A DNA stretch of 64,000 nt, from the NCBI GenBank assembly GCA_017460805.1, contig JAFUAF010000020.1:259-64258 (forward strand), read 5' to 3'. This stretch comes from Bacillota bacterium (lineage in GTDB: Bacteria > Bacillota > Clostridia > Lachnospirales > CAG-274). Below are positions 54,906 through 64,000 of the stretch, piece by piece. The number at the start of each line of letters is the position of its first letter. The first letter of the stretch is position 1. A program made the position numbers and the translations under genes. The notes under the pieces are model-generated. The model was not told the DNA's origin and did not search any database. It saw only the letters and a list, made by a program, of their open reading frames with translations.

Positions 54906-55982
54906 TTATAAAATATTTTTTATCGTACCGCCGCCGACCACGTTTTCGCCGTCATAGAGGACTGCGGCCTGGCCCTTTGTTATGGCGCGCTGGGGTTCGT
55001 CAAATTTTATATGCAGATCGCCGTTTTCTTCCTGCCATACCACAGCGGGCTGTTCCTTTTGATTATAGCGTATTTTGGCCTTTACCCTCATTGGCGCATC
55101 TATTCTGTCAACGGAGATAAGGTTCACATTGTCCGCAATAAGCTCGTCACGGAAAAGGTCACTGTTATCGCCAAGAGTGACGATATTGTTTTTTGTGTCT
55201 ATATCGCAGACATACAGCGGTCTGTCAGCGGAAATGCCAAGACCTTTGCGCTGGCCTATGGTGTAGTTTATTATACCCTTGTGCTTTCCGAGAATTTTTC
55301 CGTCAAGGGTCACAAAATCCCCCTCGGGGTACGTCCTGCCCGTCTGACGCTCGATAAACTCTGCATAACAGCCGTCGGGCACAAAACAGATATCCTGGCT
55401 GTCATGCTTTTTTGCGTTGACAAAGCCGTTTTCCTCGGCTATCCTGCGTACTTCGGTCTTTTCAAGCTCCCCAAGCGGGAATATCGCGTGTGCAAGATGC
55501 TCCTGAGTCAGCATATATAAAACATAGCTTTGGTCTTTGGTATCGTCAACCGCTTTTTTTAGCAGATAACGTCCGTTTTCATACGCTGTGCGGACATAAT
55601 GCCCCGTGACTATGTAATCCGCCCCCATTTCCTGCATACGCAAAAACATTTTGTCAAACTTCATATATCTGTTGCAGTCTATACACGGGTTTGGTGTGCG
55701 GCCGCACTCATATGCACGGATAAAGCGGTCTATGACTTCATCGTGAAATCTGTCTGTAAAATTGAAAACATAGTAGGGCATATCCAGCCTGTGAGCCACA
55801 CTGCGCGCATCTGCCACATCATCAAGCGAACAGCACGTATTGGACTTCTTTTCTCCTATATCCTCGTTGTTGTATAATTTCATGGTAGCGCCTATGCACT
55901 CGAAACCACGCTGTTTCATCAAAAGCGCCGATACCGAACTGTCTACACCGCCGCTCATTGCTATTATAGCCTTTTTTGCCAT
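54906..55982 (-). CDS. mnmA: tRNA 2-thiouridine(34) synthase
   Basis: PP-loop AMSGGVDSSV. 358 aa from ATG 55982 (AAGGAGGG RBS); the ORF-track start 56033 is rejected. Confidence 0.92.
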   Translation of the reverse strand: MAKKAIIAMSGGVDSSVSALLMKQRGFECIGATMKLYNNEDIGEKKSNTCCSLDDVADARSVAHRLDMPYYVFNFTDRFHDEVIDRFIRAYECGRTPNPCIDCNRYMKFDKMFLRMQEMGADYIVTGHYVRTAYENGRYLLKKAVDDTKDQSYVLYMLTQEHLAHAIFPLGELEKTEVRRIAEENGFVNAKKHDSQDICFVPDGCYAEFIERQTGRTYPEGDFVTLDGKILGKHKGIINYTIGQRKGLGISADRPLYVCDIDTKNNIVTLGDNSDLFRDELIADNVNLISVDRIDAPMRVKAKIRYNQKEQPAVVWQEENGDLHIKFDEPQRAITKGQAAVLYDGENVVGGGTIKNIL

Positions 55983-56059
55983 GCGAAACCCTCCTTGTTT
56001 TTTTATTATATAACGTTGGTAAAAATAATGCAATACTTTTTACCATATAAAAAGACAGG

Positions 56060-56096
56060 ATAAAAAGACAGGAAGTTTTGTGCGGCTTCCTGTCTT
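56060..56096 (-). terminator. rho-independent terminator
   Basis: On the minus strand: AAGACAGGAAG-N10-CTTCCTGTCTT followed by TTTTA. Confidence 0.7.
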
Positions 56097-56103
56097 TGAA
56101 AAA

Positions 56104-56970
56104 TCATAATTTAGTTGTTGTTTCGGTAACGGTTTCGGCAGAGGGCAGTGAAACGGCGGTTTGTGTTTCGGTCGTTTCAACGGGGATATCCGTGTCGATA
56201 TCATCGCCCGCGTAAACACCCGTTTCCTCAAACCACGCATTGTGGTGTTCGCCGATAAGTATCACTCTTGCCGCATCGGCGGGATTGACGGTCAAAGTAA
56301 ATTCGGGCTCGCTACTCTTTGGAATATAAAGCTCGTGATGCTTAAGACTGTCAAGAAATTTCTTTATATCCTCGGTATCATCGCCGACGTATGAATAATC
56401 CGCAGTATTAAGCCCCATTACCTTGTGTTTTAAAACACGAGGTGCGCTTTCATACTCCTCTTCCTCAAAAACGTCTTCATCGGGATCCTCATCAAAGTCA
56501 TCATCGTCAAAATCTTCATCAAAATCATCTTCATAGTCATGCGCTTCGATACTTACCCCCGGTACGCTGATGCTTGCAGACTCTCTGCCGTCATAATCGT
56601 GAGCATCAATATTCACCAGACCCGCAATGCTGACATTTGCCGAGTCCTCATTTTTATAAGTCTCTTCGCAGAGATAAACTTCCCTTATCTCGTCAAATAC
56701 TATATTACTGCCGTCGGGATATTTTGCGGTCATTTTCATTGTGCCCGCGGGAATGCTTTCATCTGTCACGATTTTGGCCGAATATCCGTCAACATACAGT
56801 TTTTTGCCCTCGGGCAAAACGTAATCCCGGCTTTGCTCGGCAGCCGCAGTATTGGTCTCTGCGGGTTTGAGAGTCGAAATCTCAAGTATCAGTACACCTA
56901 TGCCCACACCGCATAAAATCAGTCCCACGGCAAAGGCCGCAAGCAGTTTTATAAAAGAATCACGCTTCAT
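56104..56970 (-). CDS. hypothetical membrane-anchored protein with poly-acidic tract
   Basis: 288 aa from ATG 56970 (AAAGGAGAGAG RBS) with an N-terminal TM. Acidic run AHDYEDDFDEDFDDDDFDEDPDEDVFEEEEYE at nt 56449..56544. Overlaps the upstream gene by 11 nt. Confidence 0.65.
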   Translation of the reverse strand: MKRDSFIKLLAAFAVGLILCGVGIGVLILEISTLKPAETNTAAAEQSRDYVLPEGKKLYVDGYSAKIVTDESIPAGTMKMTAKYPDGSNIVFDEIREVYLCEETYKNEDSANVSIAGLVNIDAHDYDGRESASISVPGVSIEAHDYEDDFDEDFDDDDFDEDPDEDVFEEEEYESAPRVLKHKVMGLNTADYSYVGDDTEDIKKFLDSLKHHELYIPKSSEPEFTLTVNPADAARVILIGEHHNAWFEETGVYAGDDIDTDIPVETTETQTAVSLPSAETVTETTTKL

Positions 56971-57880
56971 TTTTCTCTCTCCTTTCGCCGAAAACAAGTT
57001 TAAATACAAAAATCAGAAATGTTATTGTGCATACGTTTACGCCAAGACAGCCTATGCAAAGGCCTATAGCGGGGTAGCCCATAAATACCGCAGCTGCAAG
57101 GAAACCCTGTGCAAGTATAGTGCCTATCAGCATAAAAATACACGGCAGTATCGCAAATACCACACATATCTTGATTATAAAAACAAAAATATCGAATAAT
57201 TTTGTGCTTACCGAAGTATCGTTCATTTTTTTCGCCTCCTTTTTGGGTGCGCCGTCTGTAACGTCAACTGTTTCGCCGCTGTCCGCGGGCTGTATATCCT
57301 TGGATATCTTGTTCGTGCCGTTTTGTATAAAATTATAAGCCGCGCTGAATACCAGTATAGCAAATATAATTATATACAAAAGCTTTATACTGCCCGGAAC
57401 TATGCGGTCAAGCCCGAATATCGAGGGCAGTATGCCGCGGATCATCGAAGTCCCGAGATTTACTATCAGATATCCAAATACAAACAGCACAAACGCGCCG
57501 AGACAGAAGCCGAATATCTTTACAAGAAGTTTTATCAGTTCTTCGGGGCTGTTTGCCTTTACGGCATTATGCACCGCATCAAGGCCTTTGTTGAGTGTTT
57601 CGCCCGTTTTTTGTGCAAATTCGCTGTTCAGAGCCTTGCGTATCTTTTGTCCCGCTTCGGATTTTTTATCATAGGACGGGTCAATATTGTACGCCATAAG
57701 CGTTTCGTCTATTATAGTGCCGATATCGCCGAGAGTTCCGACCGCTTCTTCTTCGGTCATACCCTCGCTCATCTTCATTTCTATGTGCTGCGCGTAGTCC
57801 TGCTTTATGTCCTCGCGCTCTGTCTCGTTAAGTATGGACAGCCGCTTGTCAAGCAGTTCCATAAGTTCTGTTCCGGTCAT
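56960..57880 (-). CDS. DUF1700/HAAS-domain membrane protein (PadR-associated)
   Basis: The N-terminal ..ELLDKRLSILNETEREDIKQDYAQHIEMKMSEGMTEEEAVGTLGD.. is typical of DUF1700, followed by several TM helices. ATG 57880 lies 4 nt after the padR stop. Confidence 0.75.
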   Translation of the reverse strand: MTGTELMELLDKRLSILNETEREDIKQDYAQHIEMKMSEGMTEEEAVGTLGDIGTIIDETLMAYNIDPSYDKKSEAGQKIRKALNSEFAQKTGETLNKGLDAVHNAVKANSPEELIKLLVKIFGFCLGAFVLFVFGYLIVNLGTSMIRGILPSIFGLDRIVPGSIKLLYIIIFAILVFSAAYNFIQNGTNKISKDIQPADSGETVDVTDGAPKKEAKKMNDTSVSTKLFDIFVFIIKICVVFAILPCIFMLIGTILAQGFLAAAVFMGYPAIGLCIGCLGVNVCTITFLIFVFKLVFGERREKNEA

Positions 57881-57884
57881 ATTA

Positions 57885-58208
57885 TCATCCCTTTCGTGCA
57901 TTTTCCCGTATGAATTTTTCAACTTTGGCATAGAATTCTTCCCACTCTGCCGTTAAAGTTTCGGTATATATCCTGCCCGCCTCCGTTAAGTGATAGTACT
58001 TTCTGGGCGGCCCCTCGGTGGACTCCTTTAAATATGTTTCAAAGTAGTGCTCGTTGGTAAGCCGCTTTAAAAGCGGATATATCGTGCCTTCGTTTACATC
58101 TATTACTTTCGATACCTCGCTGACAAGCTCGTAGCCGTACATATCGCGCCCCGTGACGGATATAAGCACTACCAGTTCCAGTATGCCTTTTTTAAACTGC
58201 GCGTTCAT
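57885..58208 (-). CDS. PadR family transcriptional regulator
   Basis: 107 aa with the winged-helix pattern ..LELVVLISVTGRDMYGYELV..EGTIYPLLKRL... Confidence 0.9.
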   Translation of the reverse strand: MNAQFKKGILELVVLISVTGRDMYGYELVSEVSKVIDVNEGTIYPLLKRLTNEHYFETYLKESTEGPPRKYYHLTEAGRIYTETLTAEWEEFYAKVEKFIRENARKG

Positions 58209-58490
58209 ATACTCACTTCCTTGTATTTGTTATTTTCAAATACTATGTTACAACAACTACTGTATTTTGTCAAGTACTAATTTAAAAATAATAGTTTGAT
58301 TTTTAACCCGGACAAGATATTACAAAAATGTTACAAAAATCTTTCAATTTCGGATATATTTTCTGCAATTTTTTTTGGCGGCGGGATATTGACAAAACGG
58401 CGATTTTATTAGACAATTATATATAGAGAAATATGTGCTTACGCGTTTTAAATAATCGTAAAATTGTAATATTTTATAGGGGAGAGAGAA

Positions 58491-59180
58491 ATGGCTTACA
58501 AAATTCTGGTTGTCGATGATGAAAAACTTATCGTCAAAGGTATTCGTTTCAGTCTTGAAAAAGAGAATATGGAAGTAGATGTGGCTTATGACGGCGAGGA
58601 GGCGCTAAACCTTGCTTCGCAGAACGACTACAGCCTTATACTGCTTGATGTTATGCTTCCCAAGCTTGACGGACTTGAAGTCTGCCAAAGGATAAGGGAG
58701 TTTTCAAACGTGCCTATTATTATGGTAACGGCAAAGGGCGAGGATATGGACAAGATAATGGGGCTTGAATACGGTGCGGACGACTATATCACAAAGCCCT
58801 TTAACATACTGGAGCTTAAAGCGCGCATAAAGGCCATTTTAAGGCGAAGTGTTCGTACCGTGCCCGTTGCCGCGGAAAAACCGGGTACGATAAAAATACG
58901 CGATCTGGTGCTTGATCTGGATTCGCGCCGCTGCTTTATCAACAACAAAGAGAAAAACCTTACCGCCAAGGAATTTGATATGCTGGAGCTTTTTATGGAA
59001 AACCCCGGCAAGGTGTACAGCCGCGAAAACCTGCTCAATACTATATGGGGCATAGGCTACCCGGGCGATGCGCGTGCGGTGGATGTTCATGTGCGCCGCC
59101 TGCGTGAAAAAATAGAGGAAAAACCGAGCGAGCCGCAGTATATCCACACAAAGTGGGGGGTTGGTTACTATTTCAGCTAA
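58491..59180 (+). CDS. OmpR-family response regulator
   Basis: 229 aa. Receiver domain with acceptor-Asp region LILLDVMLPKLDG and a C-terminal winged helix (..VDVHVRRLREKIE..). Confidence 0.92.
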   Translation: MAYKILVVDDEKLIVKGIRFSLEKENMEVDVAYDGEEALNLASQNDYSLILLDVMLPKLDGLEVCQRIREFSNVPIIMVTAKGEDMDKIMGLEYGADDYITKPFNILELKARIKAILRRSVRTVPVAAEKPGTIKIRDLVLDLDSRRCFINNKEKNLTAKEFDMLELFMENPGKVYSRENLLNTIWGIGYPGDARAVDVHVRRLREKIEEKPSEPQYIHTKWGVGYYFS

Positions 59181-60618
59181 ATTTGGTATAAAGTGGTACC
59201 AAAGCCTTAAATTTATGCTTTTTGTGGCGGTGCTGCTTATAGGCATACTGCCTGTGTTGATATATTCGTCGGTCATTTCGGGCAATCTTCGCACATATTT
59301 TTCCGAGACCAGCGAAAAAGAAATGTTGTACGAGGCCAATAAGGTAGCCGTCAGCATACAAAAAAACAATTACCTTACGGACAGTAAAAAGCGCAGTCAG
59401 TTTATGGAAGAACTTGATCTGAAGAGCGTAGACGAGGGCTTTCGCATAATAGTTTGTGACAGTATGGGTGTTGCCGTTGCCGATACAAACCGTTCGGCAG
59501 TGGGGAAAATGATAGTGGTGCCCGAGGTGCTTGTTGCGCTTGACGGCAAGGATGATGCAAATTTAAGGGCGGACGAGGGCGTTATATATGCTTCTGCCTA
59601 TATAGAAAACGAGCTTTCGCAAAAAATAGGAGTGGTATTGCTTGTTTCTTCATTTGACGAGGTAAACAACCTTTTTGACGAACTTAACCACAACTGGCTG
59701 ATGGTAACGATAATCATTTCGGTCATACTTGTTTTTATGGCGTTTTTTATAACGCAGGCTATTTTTGTGCCGCTTAACAATATTTTTGAGACCATACAGC
59801 GCATATCGGGCGGTCAGCTTCACAACCGACTTGAAGTGCAGGGACATAACGAGCTCAGCCAGGTGGCGGATGCGATAAATGTCATGACTCAGCAGCTGGA
59901 GCACGTTGATGCCGCCAGAGCGGAATTTGTGTCAAACGTATCGCACGAGCTGAAAACACCTTTGAGCAGTATAAAAGTCCTTAGTGAATCCCTGCTTTTG
60001 CAGGAGGATATGCCCGTTGAGATGTACCGCGAGTTTATGCAGGATATAAACAGTGAAGTAGACAGAATGACAAATATCATAAACGATCTGCTTGCGCTTG
60101 TTAAACTGGATTACCGTGAGGACGGCATGCTCAATATTTCCGAGACCGATTTGAGCGATCTGGTCGTATCTATAGTAAAAAGGATAAACCCGCTTGCGGG
60201 CAAGAAAAATATATCGCTTTTCCTTGAAAACAACAAGGATGTGACAATAGAAGCGGATGAGACCAAATTGACGCTTGCCTTGTCAAATCTGGTCGAAAAC
60301 GCTGTAAAATATACGCCCGAGGGCGGAGAAGTGACCGTTACCGTAGATGCGGATCACCAAAACGCATTCTTTACTGTAAAGGACACGGGCATCGGCATAA
60401 GTCCCGAGGAGCAGCCCAAGATATTCAACCGTTTTTACCGCGTGGATAAGACGCGCGACAGAGAAACGGGAGGCACGGGTCTTGGCCTTGCCATAACCCA
60501 TTCTACGGTCATGATGCACAACGGCAGCATAAAAGTGGTAAGTGCCGAGGGCGAGGGTGCGACATTTATAGTACGTCTGCCTATCAAACATCAGGGGGTG
60601 CGTTCAAATGAAAACTAA
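59161..60618 (+). CDS. sensor histidine kinase (HAMP-HisKA-HATPase)
   Basis: H-box SHELKTPL, N-box LVENAVKYT and G-box GGTGLGLAI. The start is uncertain: TTG 59161 or ATT 59170 would retain the basic KFGIKWYQSLKF segment, and ATG 59215 has no RBS. Confidence 0.85.
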   Translation: MVTISAKFGIKWYQSLKFMLFVAVLLIGILPVLIYSSVISGNLRTYFSETSEKEMLYEANKVAVSIQKNNYLTDSKKRSQFMEELDLKSVDEGFRIIVCDSMGVAVADTNRSAVGKMIVVPEVLVALDGKDDANLRADEGVIYASAYIENELSQKIGVVLLVSSFDEVNNLFDELNHNWLMVTIIISVILVFMAFFITQAIFVPLNNIFETIQRISGGQLHNRLEVQGHNELSQVADAINVMTQQLEHVDAARAEFVSNVSHELKTPLSSIKVLSESLLLQEDMPVEMYREFMQDINSEVDRMTNIINDLLALVKLDYREDGMLNISETDLSDLVVSIVKRINPLAGKKNISLFLENNKDVTIEADETKLTLALSNLVENAVKYTPEGGEVTVTVDADHQNAFFTVKDTGIGISPEEQPKIFNRFYRVDKTRDRETGGTGLGLAITHSTVMMHNGSIKVVSAEGEGATFIVRLPIKHQGVRSNEN

Positions 60619-61564
60619 AACGGTTTTTGCTGTGCTTCTTTGTGTTGTTTTAGCTGTTGTGGCGTTTATCTATCTTTTCAGCATCAACAGAGAACCCGGC
60701 GCAGACGGAATGACGGAAATAAACCTTTATTACAAATCGTTGTCAACAGGTGCGCTTGAGAGCGAAAAACGCAGGATAAAAGTGCCCGAAAACCGCTCGG
60801 AAGCAGTGCGCACGGTTTTTAATGAATATATGAACGGGCCCGTAAATACTGCTTTATCGCTGCCTGCCGATGAACTTAACAATTTTACGACCCTGACGTA
60901 CCCCGTTGACAAAAACGAAAACATAGCCAAAATAAATTTTACCGACAGCTACAACAAGCTCAGCGAGTCGCAGAAACTGCTGTGCATATCGGGTATGGTC
61001 TATACCCTTACGGAGCTTGACTTCCTGCGGAATATTTATTTTTATGTAAACGACGAGCCTTTGGTCAATATGAACGGCGAGGCTGCGGAGCGATACAACC
61101 GCAACAATGTTGCCAACAACCCGAGTCTTGACCCCGAAAAGACCGACAGACAGCAGGTGGTACTCTACTTTACCGATGCAAAGCAGCGCAAACTTATACC
61201 CGAGGAGCGCAGCATCGAGATAAAGCAAAGTCAGACCACCGAATATCAGATAGTCGAGCAGATAATACAGGGGCCTTTGGGCAGCCGCCTTGTGCCCACC
61301 GTACCTGCGGACATCAAGATAAAGGACATAAAGACCGAAGAGGGCATTTGCTATGTAAACCTTTCGGCCGATTTTACCGCAAGGCACAATGTTTCCACAA
61401 GTGATGTGATAAGCATTTATTCTCTTGTAAATTCGCTTACACAGCTTGACAATGTAAGCAAAGTACAGTTCCTTGCGGAGGGCGAAAAGATAAACGAGAT
61501 ACGTTCGGGCATTGATCTGAGCAAGACCATCGAACGAGACGAAAGCCTTATAGAGAGTGAATAA
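60608..61564 (+). CDS. GerMN domain-containing (GerM-like) protein
   Basis: 318 aa with an N-terminal TM and two ~130-aa repeats with the GerMN-like pattern (..LYY...L..E.R.I........V...L.GP..). Overlaps the HK gene by 11 nt. Confidence 0.7.
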   Translation: MKTKTVFAVLLCVVLAVVAFIYLFSINREPGADGMTEINLYYKSLSTGALESEKRRIKVPENRSEAVRTVFNEYMNGPVNTALSLPADELNNFTTLTYPVDKNENIAKINFTDSYNKLSESQKLLCISGMVYTLTELDFLRNIYFYVNDEPLVNMNGEAAERYNRNNVANNPSLDPEKTDRQQVVLYFTDAKQRKLIPEERSIEIKQSQTTEYQIVEQIIQGPLGSRLVPTVPADIKIKDIKTEEGICYVNLSADFTARHNVSTSDVISIYSLVNSLTQLDNVSKVQFLAEGEKINEIRSGIDLSKTIERDESLIESE

Positions 61565-61566
61565 TT

Positions 61567-62499
61567 ATGGGTGTATATCTTATAACGGGCGAGGAAAGGT
61601 TTCTTGTACAGCAGAAAGAGGCGGAGCTTAAAAATGCCGCCCTGCCTGATCTTTCGCTTGCCGACATGAACTACAGCTATTATAAGGAAAATTTTGATAT
61701 TGCCATGCTTTTGAATGACTGTGATATGCCGCCTTTTATGGCGGAAAAACGCCTTATCTGCGTGCATGACAGCGGTCTGTTTGTAACGGGGCGAAAGGAC
61801 GATACGACGGCTGTCGCAAAGTATATCGTAAATCTGCCCGACACAACCGTACTTATTTTTAACGAGACCGACACCCACGGAAACAATGCACTTTCAAAGG
61901 CTGTCAAAAAGTACGGCGAAGTATTTGACTTCAAGCGCATGAAGCCTTATGAGCTTGTAAACTATATCAAGAAAAAATGCCCCGTTAAAATTCCCGCGGA
62001 ATATTTTGTGGCCTGTGTGGGCAATGATATGGAGCGGCTGAACGGCGAACTTGATAAACTGCTCACTTTTACAAAGGGCAAGGACATAACCGAAGCCGAT
62101 ATAGACGAAGCGTGCAGCAAAACGCCCGAGATGAATATTTTTAAAATGATGGATGCGATAGGCGGAAAAGATACAGCCGCCGCAATTTCAGTCTATAACA
62201 ATATGCTTGCGGCAAAGGACAGCCCGTTCCGCGTGCTTAAAATGCTTGTAAGACAGCTTAAACTTATGCTGGAGTGCAAGTTTCTTTCGGAAAAGGGCAT
62301 GGCACCCAAACAGATAGCCGATGAACTCGGACTGCTCGAAATGCACGCAAGAGGCTATCTGGAGCAGTCCCGTAATTTCAAAAAAGTCGATCTTTTTAAC
62401 GGTCTGAACGCCTGCTACAAATGCGATAACGATATAAAAACAGGCCGCATAGATGACGAACTCGGCGTAGAACTTATTATATTAAGTCTTGGAAAATAA
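61567..62499 (+). CDS. holA: DNA polymerase III subunit delta
   Basis: 310 aa with the N-terminal ..YLITGEERFLV.. pattern and a helical C-terminal domain typical of HolA. Confidence 0.8.
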   Translation: MGVYLITGEERFLVQQKEAELKNAALPDLSLADMNYSYYKENFDIAMLLNDCDMPPFMAEKRLICVHDSGLFVTGRKDDTTAVAKYIVNLPDTTVLIFNETDTHGNNALSKAVKKYGEVFDFKRMKPYELVNYIKKKCPVKIPAEYFVACVGNDMERLNGELDKLLTFTKGKDITEADIDEACSKTPEMNIFKMMDAIGGKDTAAAISVYNNMLAAKDSPFRVLKMLVRQLKLMLECKFLSEKGMAPKQIADELGLLEMHARGYLEQSRNFKKVDLFNGLNACYKCDNDIKTGRIDDELGVELIILSLGK

Positions 62500-62504
62500 A
62501 AATA

Positions 62505-62532
62505 TCCCCATTTACAATATGGGGAATTTTTG
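62505..62532 (+). terminator. rho-independent terminator after holA
   Basis: TCCCCAT-N7-ATGGGGA followed by ATTTTTGTT. Confidence 0.7.
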
Positions 62533-62579
62533 TTACAATAGAAATATATGTGAAAAATAATTACAAAGGAGATATATCA

Positions 62580-63845
62580 ATGAATATCGAAACAAAATGT
62601 ATTCAGTCGGGCTACAGCCCCGCGAACGGCGAATCGCGTGTTATTCCCATTATCCAGAGTACTACCTACAAGTACGAAAGCACACAGCACATGGGCGATC
62701 TGTTTGATCTGAAAGAGGACGGATATTTCTATACACGTCTTGCAAACCCCACCTGCGGCTTTGTTGAAGCCAAGATAGCAGACCTTGAGGGCGGTGTGGG
62801 TGCTATGCTCACAGCTGCGGGTCAGTCGGCTACACTTATCGCAATTATGAATATCTGCAAGGCGGGCGACCATGTTGTCAGCGCTGCGGCTATTTACGGC
62901 GGTACATTCAACCTGTTCAATGTAACACTCAAAAAATTCGGCATAGACTTTACTTTTGTAGATGCTTCCGCGCCTTACGAGGAACTTCAGAAGGCTATCA
63001 GACCAAATACAAAGGCGGTATTCGGCGAGTCCGTTTCAAATCCGTCTTTGGATGTGCTGGATTTTGAAAAATTTGCACGTCTTGCACACGAAAACGATAT
63101 ACCTTTTATAGTTGACAATACCTTCCCCACACCCATACTTTGCAGACCTATCGAGTATGGTGCGGATATCGTTGTACACTCTACTTCAAAGTACATGGAC
63201 GGCCATGCCGTAGCACTTGGCGGCGTTATTGTGGACAGCGGCAATTTCAACTGGGCAAACGGCAAATTCCCCGAATTTACAGAGCCCGACGAAAGCTACC
63301 ACGGCGTGGTTTATACCAAGAATTTCGGCAAGGCGGCTTATATCGTAAAGGCAAGGGCACAGCTTATGCGTGACCTGGGTGCTTCACCTGCTCCGCAGAA
63401 CGCATTTTTACTTAACTTAGGCCTTGAAACGCTTCATCTGCGTATGGAAAGACATTGCCAAAACGCACTTGCTGTTGCAAAGTATCTTGAAAATCATCCC
63501 AAGGTATCATGGGTGAACTATCCCATGCTTGACAGCTCCAAGTACAAGCCGCTTGCGGACAAGTATTTCCCCAAGGGTGTATGCGGTGTTATCAGTTTTG
63601 GCGTAAAGGGCGGCAGAGAGGCTGCTGTCAAGGTAATGGACAGCCTTAAACTTGCGGCTATCGTATGCCACGTTGCGGATGCGCGCACAAGTGTGCTTCA
63701 TCCCGCTTCATCCACACACAGACAGCTTACCGACAAACAGCTTGAAGAATGTGGTGTAACACCCGATCTTATCCGTCTTAGTGTTGGTATAGAAAATGTT
63801 GACGATATCATTGCCGATTTTGAGCAGGCTCTTGCTCAGGCCTGA
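62580..63845 (+). CDS. metY: O-acetylhomoserine sulfhydrylase / aminocarboxypropyltransferase family PLP enzyme
   Basis: PLP-lysine motif HSTSKYMDGH, with N-terminal ..ETKCIQSGY.. AAGGAG lies 8 nt before ATG 62580; the ORF-track start 62550 is rejected. Confidence 0.9.
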   Translation: MNIETKCIQSGYSPANGESRVIPIIQSTTYKYESTQHMGDLFDLKEDGYFYTRLANPTCGFVEAKIADLEGGVGAMLTAAGQSATLIAIMNICKAGDHVVSAAAIYGGTFNLFNVTLKKFGIDFTFVDASAPYEELQKAIRPNTKAVFGESVSNPSLDVLDFEKFARLAHENDIPFIVDNTFPTPILCRPIEYGADIVVHSTSKYMDGHAVALGGVIVDSGNFNWANGKFPEFTEPDESYHGVVYTKNFGKAAYIVKARAQLMRDLGASPAPQNAFLLNLGLETLHLRMERHCQNALAVAKYLENHPKVSWVNYPMLDSSKYKPLADKYFPKGVCGVISFGVKGGREAAVKVMDSLKLAAIVCHVADARTSVLHPASSTHRQLTDKQLEECGVTPDLIRLSVGIENVDDIIADFEQALAQA

Positions 63846-64000
63846 TGCCGATAACAAGTTCTCTTATCCCCATTATTGACATAAAAAGGCCGAACATTCT
63901 GCGCAGTATGCCGCCGCTTAACAGCATAGCGGCAAATGCGCCGATAATACAGCCCATAACTCCTGCTGCCGTCATTGGCGGCAGGATATTTTTTTCTATC
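63808..64000 (-). CDS. C-terminal fragment of a TauE/SafE-like membrane protein (gene continues beyond window)
   Basis: Manual minus-strand translation: ..IEKNILPPMTAAGVMGCIIGAFAAMLLSGGILRRMFGLFMSIMGIRELVIGIRPEQEPAQNRQ*. The stop is at 63808..63810, overlapping the metY 3' end by 38 nt. Confidence 0.45.
   Translation of the reverse strand, partial: IEKNILPPMTAAGVMGCIIGAFAAMLLSGGILRRMFGLFMSIMGIRELVIGIRPEQEPAQNRQ

Overview
The window looks like a chromosomal, mostly housekeeping segment of a spore-forming, dockerin-encoding Clostridia genome. A Ruminococcus/Oscillospiraceae-like origin is inferred from two secreted dockerin proteins plus a spoVA operon. I support about 62 protein genes. They include SEDS FtsW/RodA, rplS, the pgk-tpiA-gpmI-eno operon, pepT, a P-type ATPase, an ApbE/Gx-transporter cluster, ispE and two aminotransferases. 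Also present are yqeG-aroE-aroK-aroQ, a GGDEF/EAL sensor, a DUF4418-FtsX-ABC module, FprA, floA-nfeD and spoVAA-AB / spoVAC-AD-AE. The rest are GT2-ridA-ilvA, recD2, an S41 protease, a TIGR01212 radical SAM protein, a DAG-kinase-like protein, argS, mnmA, a PadR-DUF1700 module, an OmpR/HK pair with GerM, holA and metY. I recognised no rRNA, tRNA, CRISPR array, transposase or integrase. Six things stand out. (1) An AT-rich three-gene islet lies between rplS and pgk: an XRE regulator divergent from a 588-aa internally triplicated zinc-ribbon protein with a LITAF-like tail, followed by a DUF2085 membrane protein. (2) A family of long palindromic, hairpin-dense intergenic elements is present: a 309-bp MITE-like copy splits the spoVA operon, and a composite copy fills the 600-nt spacer upstream of mnmA. 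(3) The 3' end and terminator hairpin of the radical SAM gene are tandemly duplicated with a 222-223 bp period. (4) Two small genes are missing from the ORF track: a 58-aa DUF4250 gene coupled by GTGA overlap, and a 36-aa ORF abutting spoVAA. (5) A strong promoter drives a ~240-nt structured leader ahead of rplS. (6) A possible leaderless mini-Hpt ORF precedes ilvA. All functional calls rest on motif and family recognition by eye. Start codons were chosen by RBS inspection and remain provisional.
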